In this document: piece after piece, positions 63,417 to 64,000 of the stretch
Numbering within the stretch: position 1 is the first letter of the stretch
Layout of the letters: every line of letters begins with the position of its first letter
IMG/VR virus record: IMGVR_UViG_3300049182_000044
Coordinates: 64,001 to 128,000 of that record
Length of the DNA: 64,000 bases
Reading direction: 5' to 3' (one strand)
Origin: a virus
Lineage: Duplodnaviria > Caudoviricetes
Program-made: the position numbers and the translations under genes
The notes under the pieces: model-generated
Databases searched by the model: none
Told to the model about the DNA's origin: nothing
Seen by the model: the letters and a program-made list of their open reading frames with translations, nothing else

Positions 63417-64000
63417 ATGCTTATTGATGGAATTCAACTACCCCGTACCTCCGTTGTTAGCGGTATGGCGCTGGAACGTCTTACGACCTTTCCAGATAAT
63501 CCTGTTAAAGGTCAGTCATTCTTTCTGACCGAAACAGTCGGCGACTTCGACCCGGGCCAGTACACCTTCGGTGGTGTGGAATGGTCTGCAGGCTCTGGAG
63601 GCAATCCTTATTCCGACGCGAAAGAATCAGTACGCGTCGCAACAACTGAAAACATCACCCTTAATGGTCTCAAAACCATTGACGGTATCACCGTTGCCGA
63701 TAAAGATCGTGTACTGGTCAAGAACCAAACCGATCCTAAGCAGAACGGCATTTGGCAGGTAGTAGCATCTGGCAACTGGGTACGTGCGAAAGACGCATCC
63801 AATGCCAAAGGCTTGAACAGTGGTATGTACACCTTCGTAACTGAAGGTCAAGCAAACCAAGGTACAGGCTGGGTGTTGAATACTCCTGATCCGATCGTCC
63901 TCGATACCACTGGCCTGGCATTTCAGCAGTTTTCGGGTACAGGTAACATTTCGGCAGGTGCAGGTCTCCAGCGTGTAGGTAACTCCTTCTCGCTGTTGAG
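63417..64000 (+). CDS. Tail or head fibre-like protein, 3'-truncated by the window
   Basis: Not in ORF track (no stop); GAGGA RBS; AKESVRVATTENITLNGLKTIDG...DRVLVKNQT...NGIW...WVRAKDA. Confidence 0.8.
   Translation, partial: MLIDGIQLPRTSVVSGMALERLTTFPDNPVKGQSFFLTETVGDFDPGQYTFGGVEWSAGSGGNPYSDAKESVRVATTENITLNGLKTIDGITVADKDRVLVKNQTDPKQNGIWQVVASGNWVRAKDASNAKGLNSGMYTFVTEGQANQGTGWVLNTPDPIVLDTTGLAFQQFSGTGNISAGAGLQRVGNSFSLL

Overview
A 64 kb segment of a large (jumbo-like) myovirus genome, with essentially all genes on the + strand. The host is probably a betaproteobacterium: the ugd, dcd and acpP genes are host-like, and one small HTH gene resembles a family I recognise from Oxalobacteraceae. Layout: (1) 1-15.7 kb is accessory genes, including ugd, a 50-aa type IV pilin-like peptide, an SF2 helicase, an HD phosphohydrolase, an acyl carrier protein and YqeY. 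(2) 14.8-20.0 kb is an RNA-rich island: three tRNA-Lys genes, tRNA-shaped RNAs with large inserts in place of the anticodon arm, two paralogous large structured RNAs, a nonsense-interrupted Vsr/DUF559-type nuclease and a circularly permuted (two-piece) tmRNA. (3) 20-43 kb has a Dda/RecD-like helicase, NADAR next to a Tad1-like anti-defence gene, an Azoarcus-type group I intron that interrupts no gene and sits in front of an HNH nuclease, phoH, a MazG-like gene, folE, dcd, a Nudix fusion and queD. (4) 43.5-64 kb is a virion module: tail sheath, a PAS-only protein, a permuted NlpC/P60 enzyme, and fibre, collagen, Ig and beta-propeller proteins. The most promising novel signal is the set of non-coding RNAs. 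All RNA structures were paired by eye, and protein family calls come from motif recognition, not database searches.
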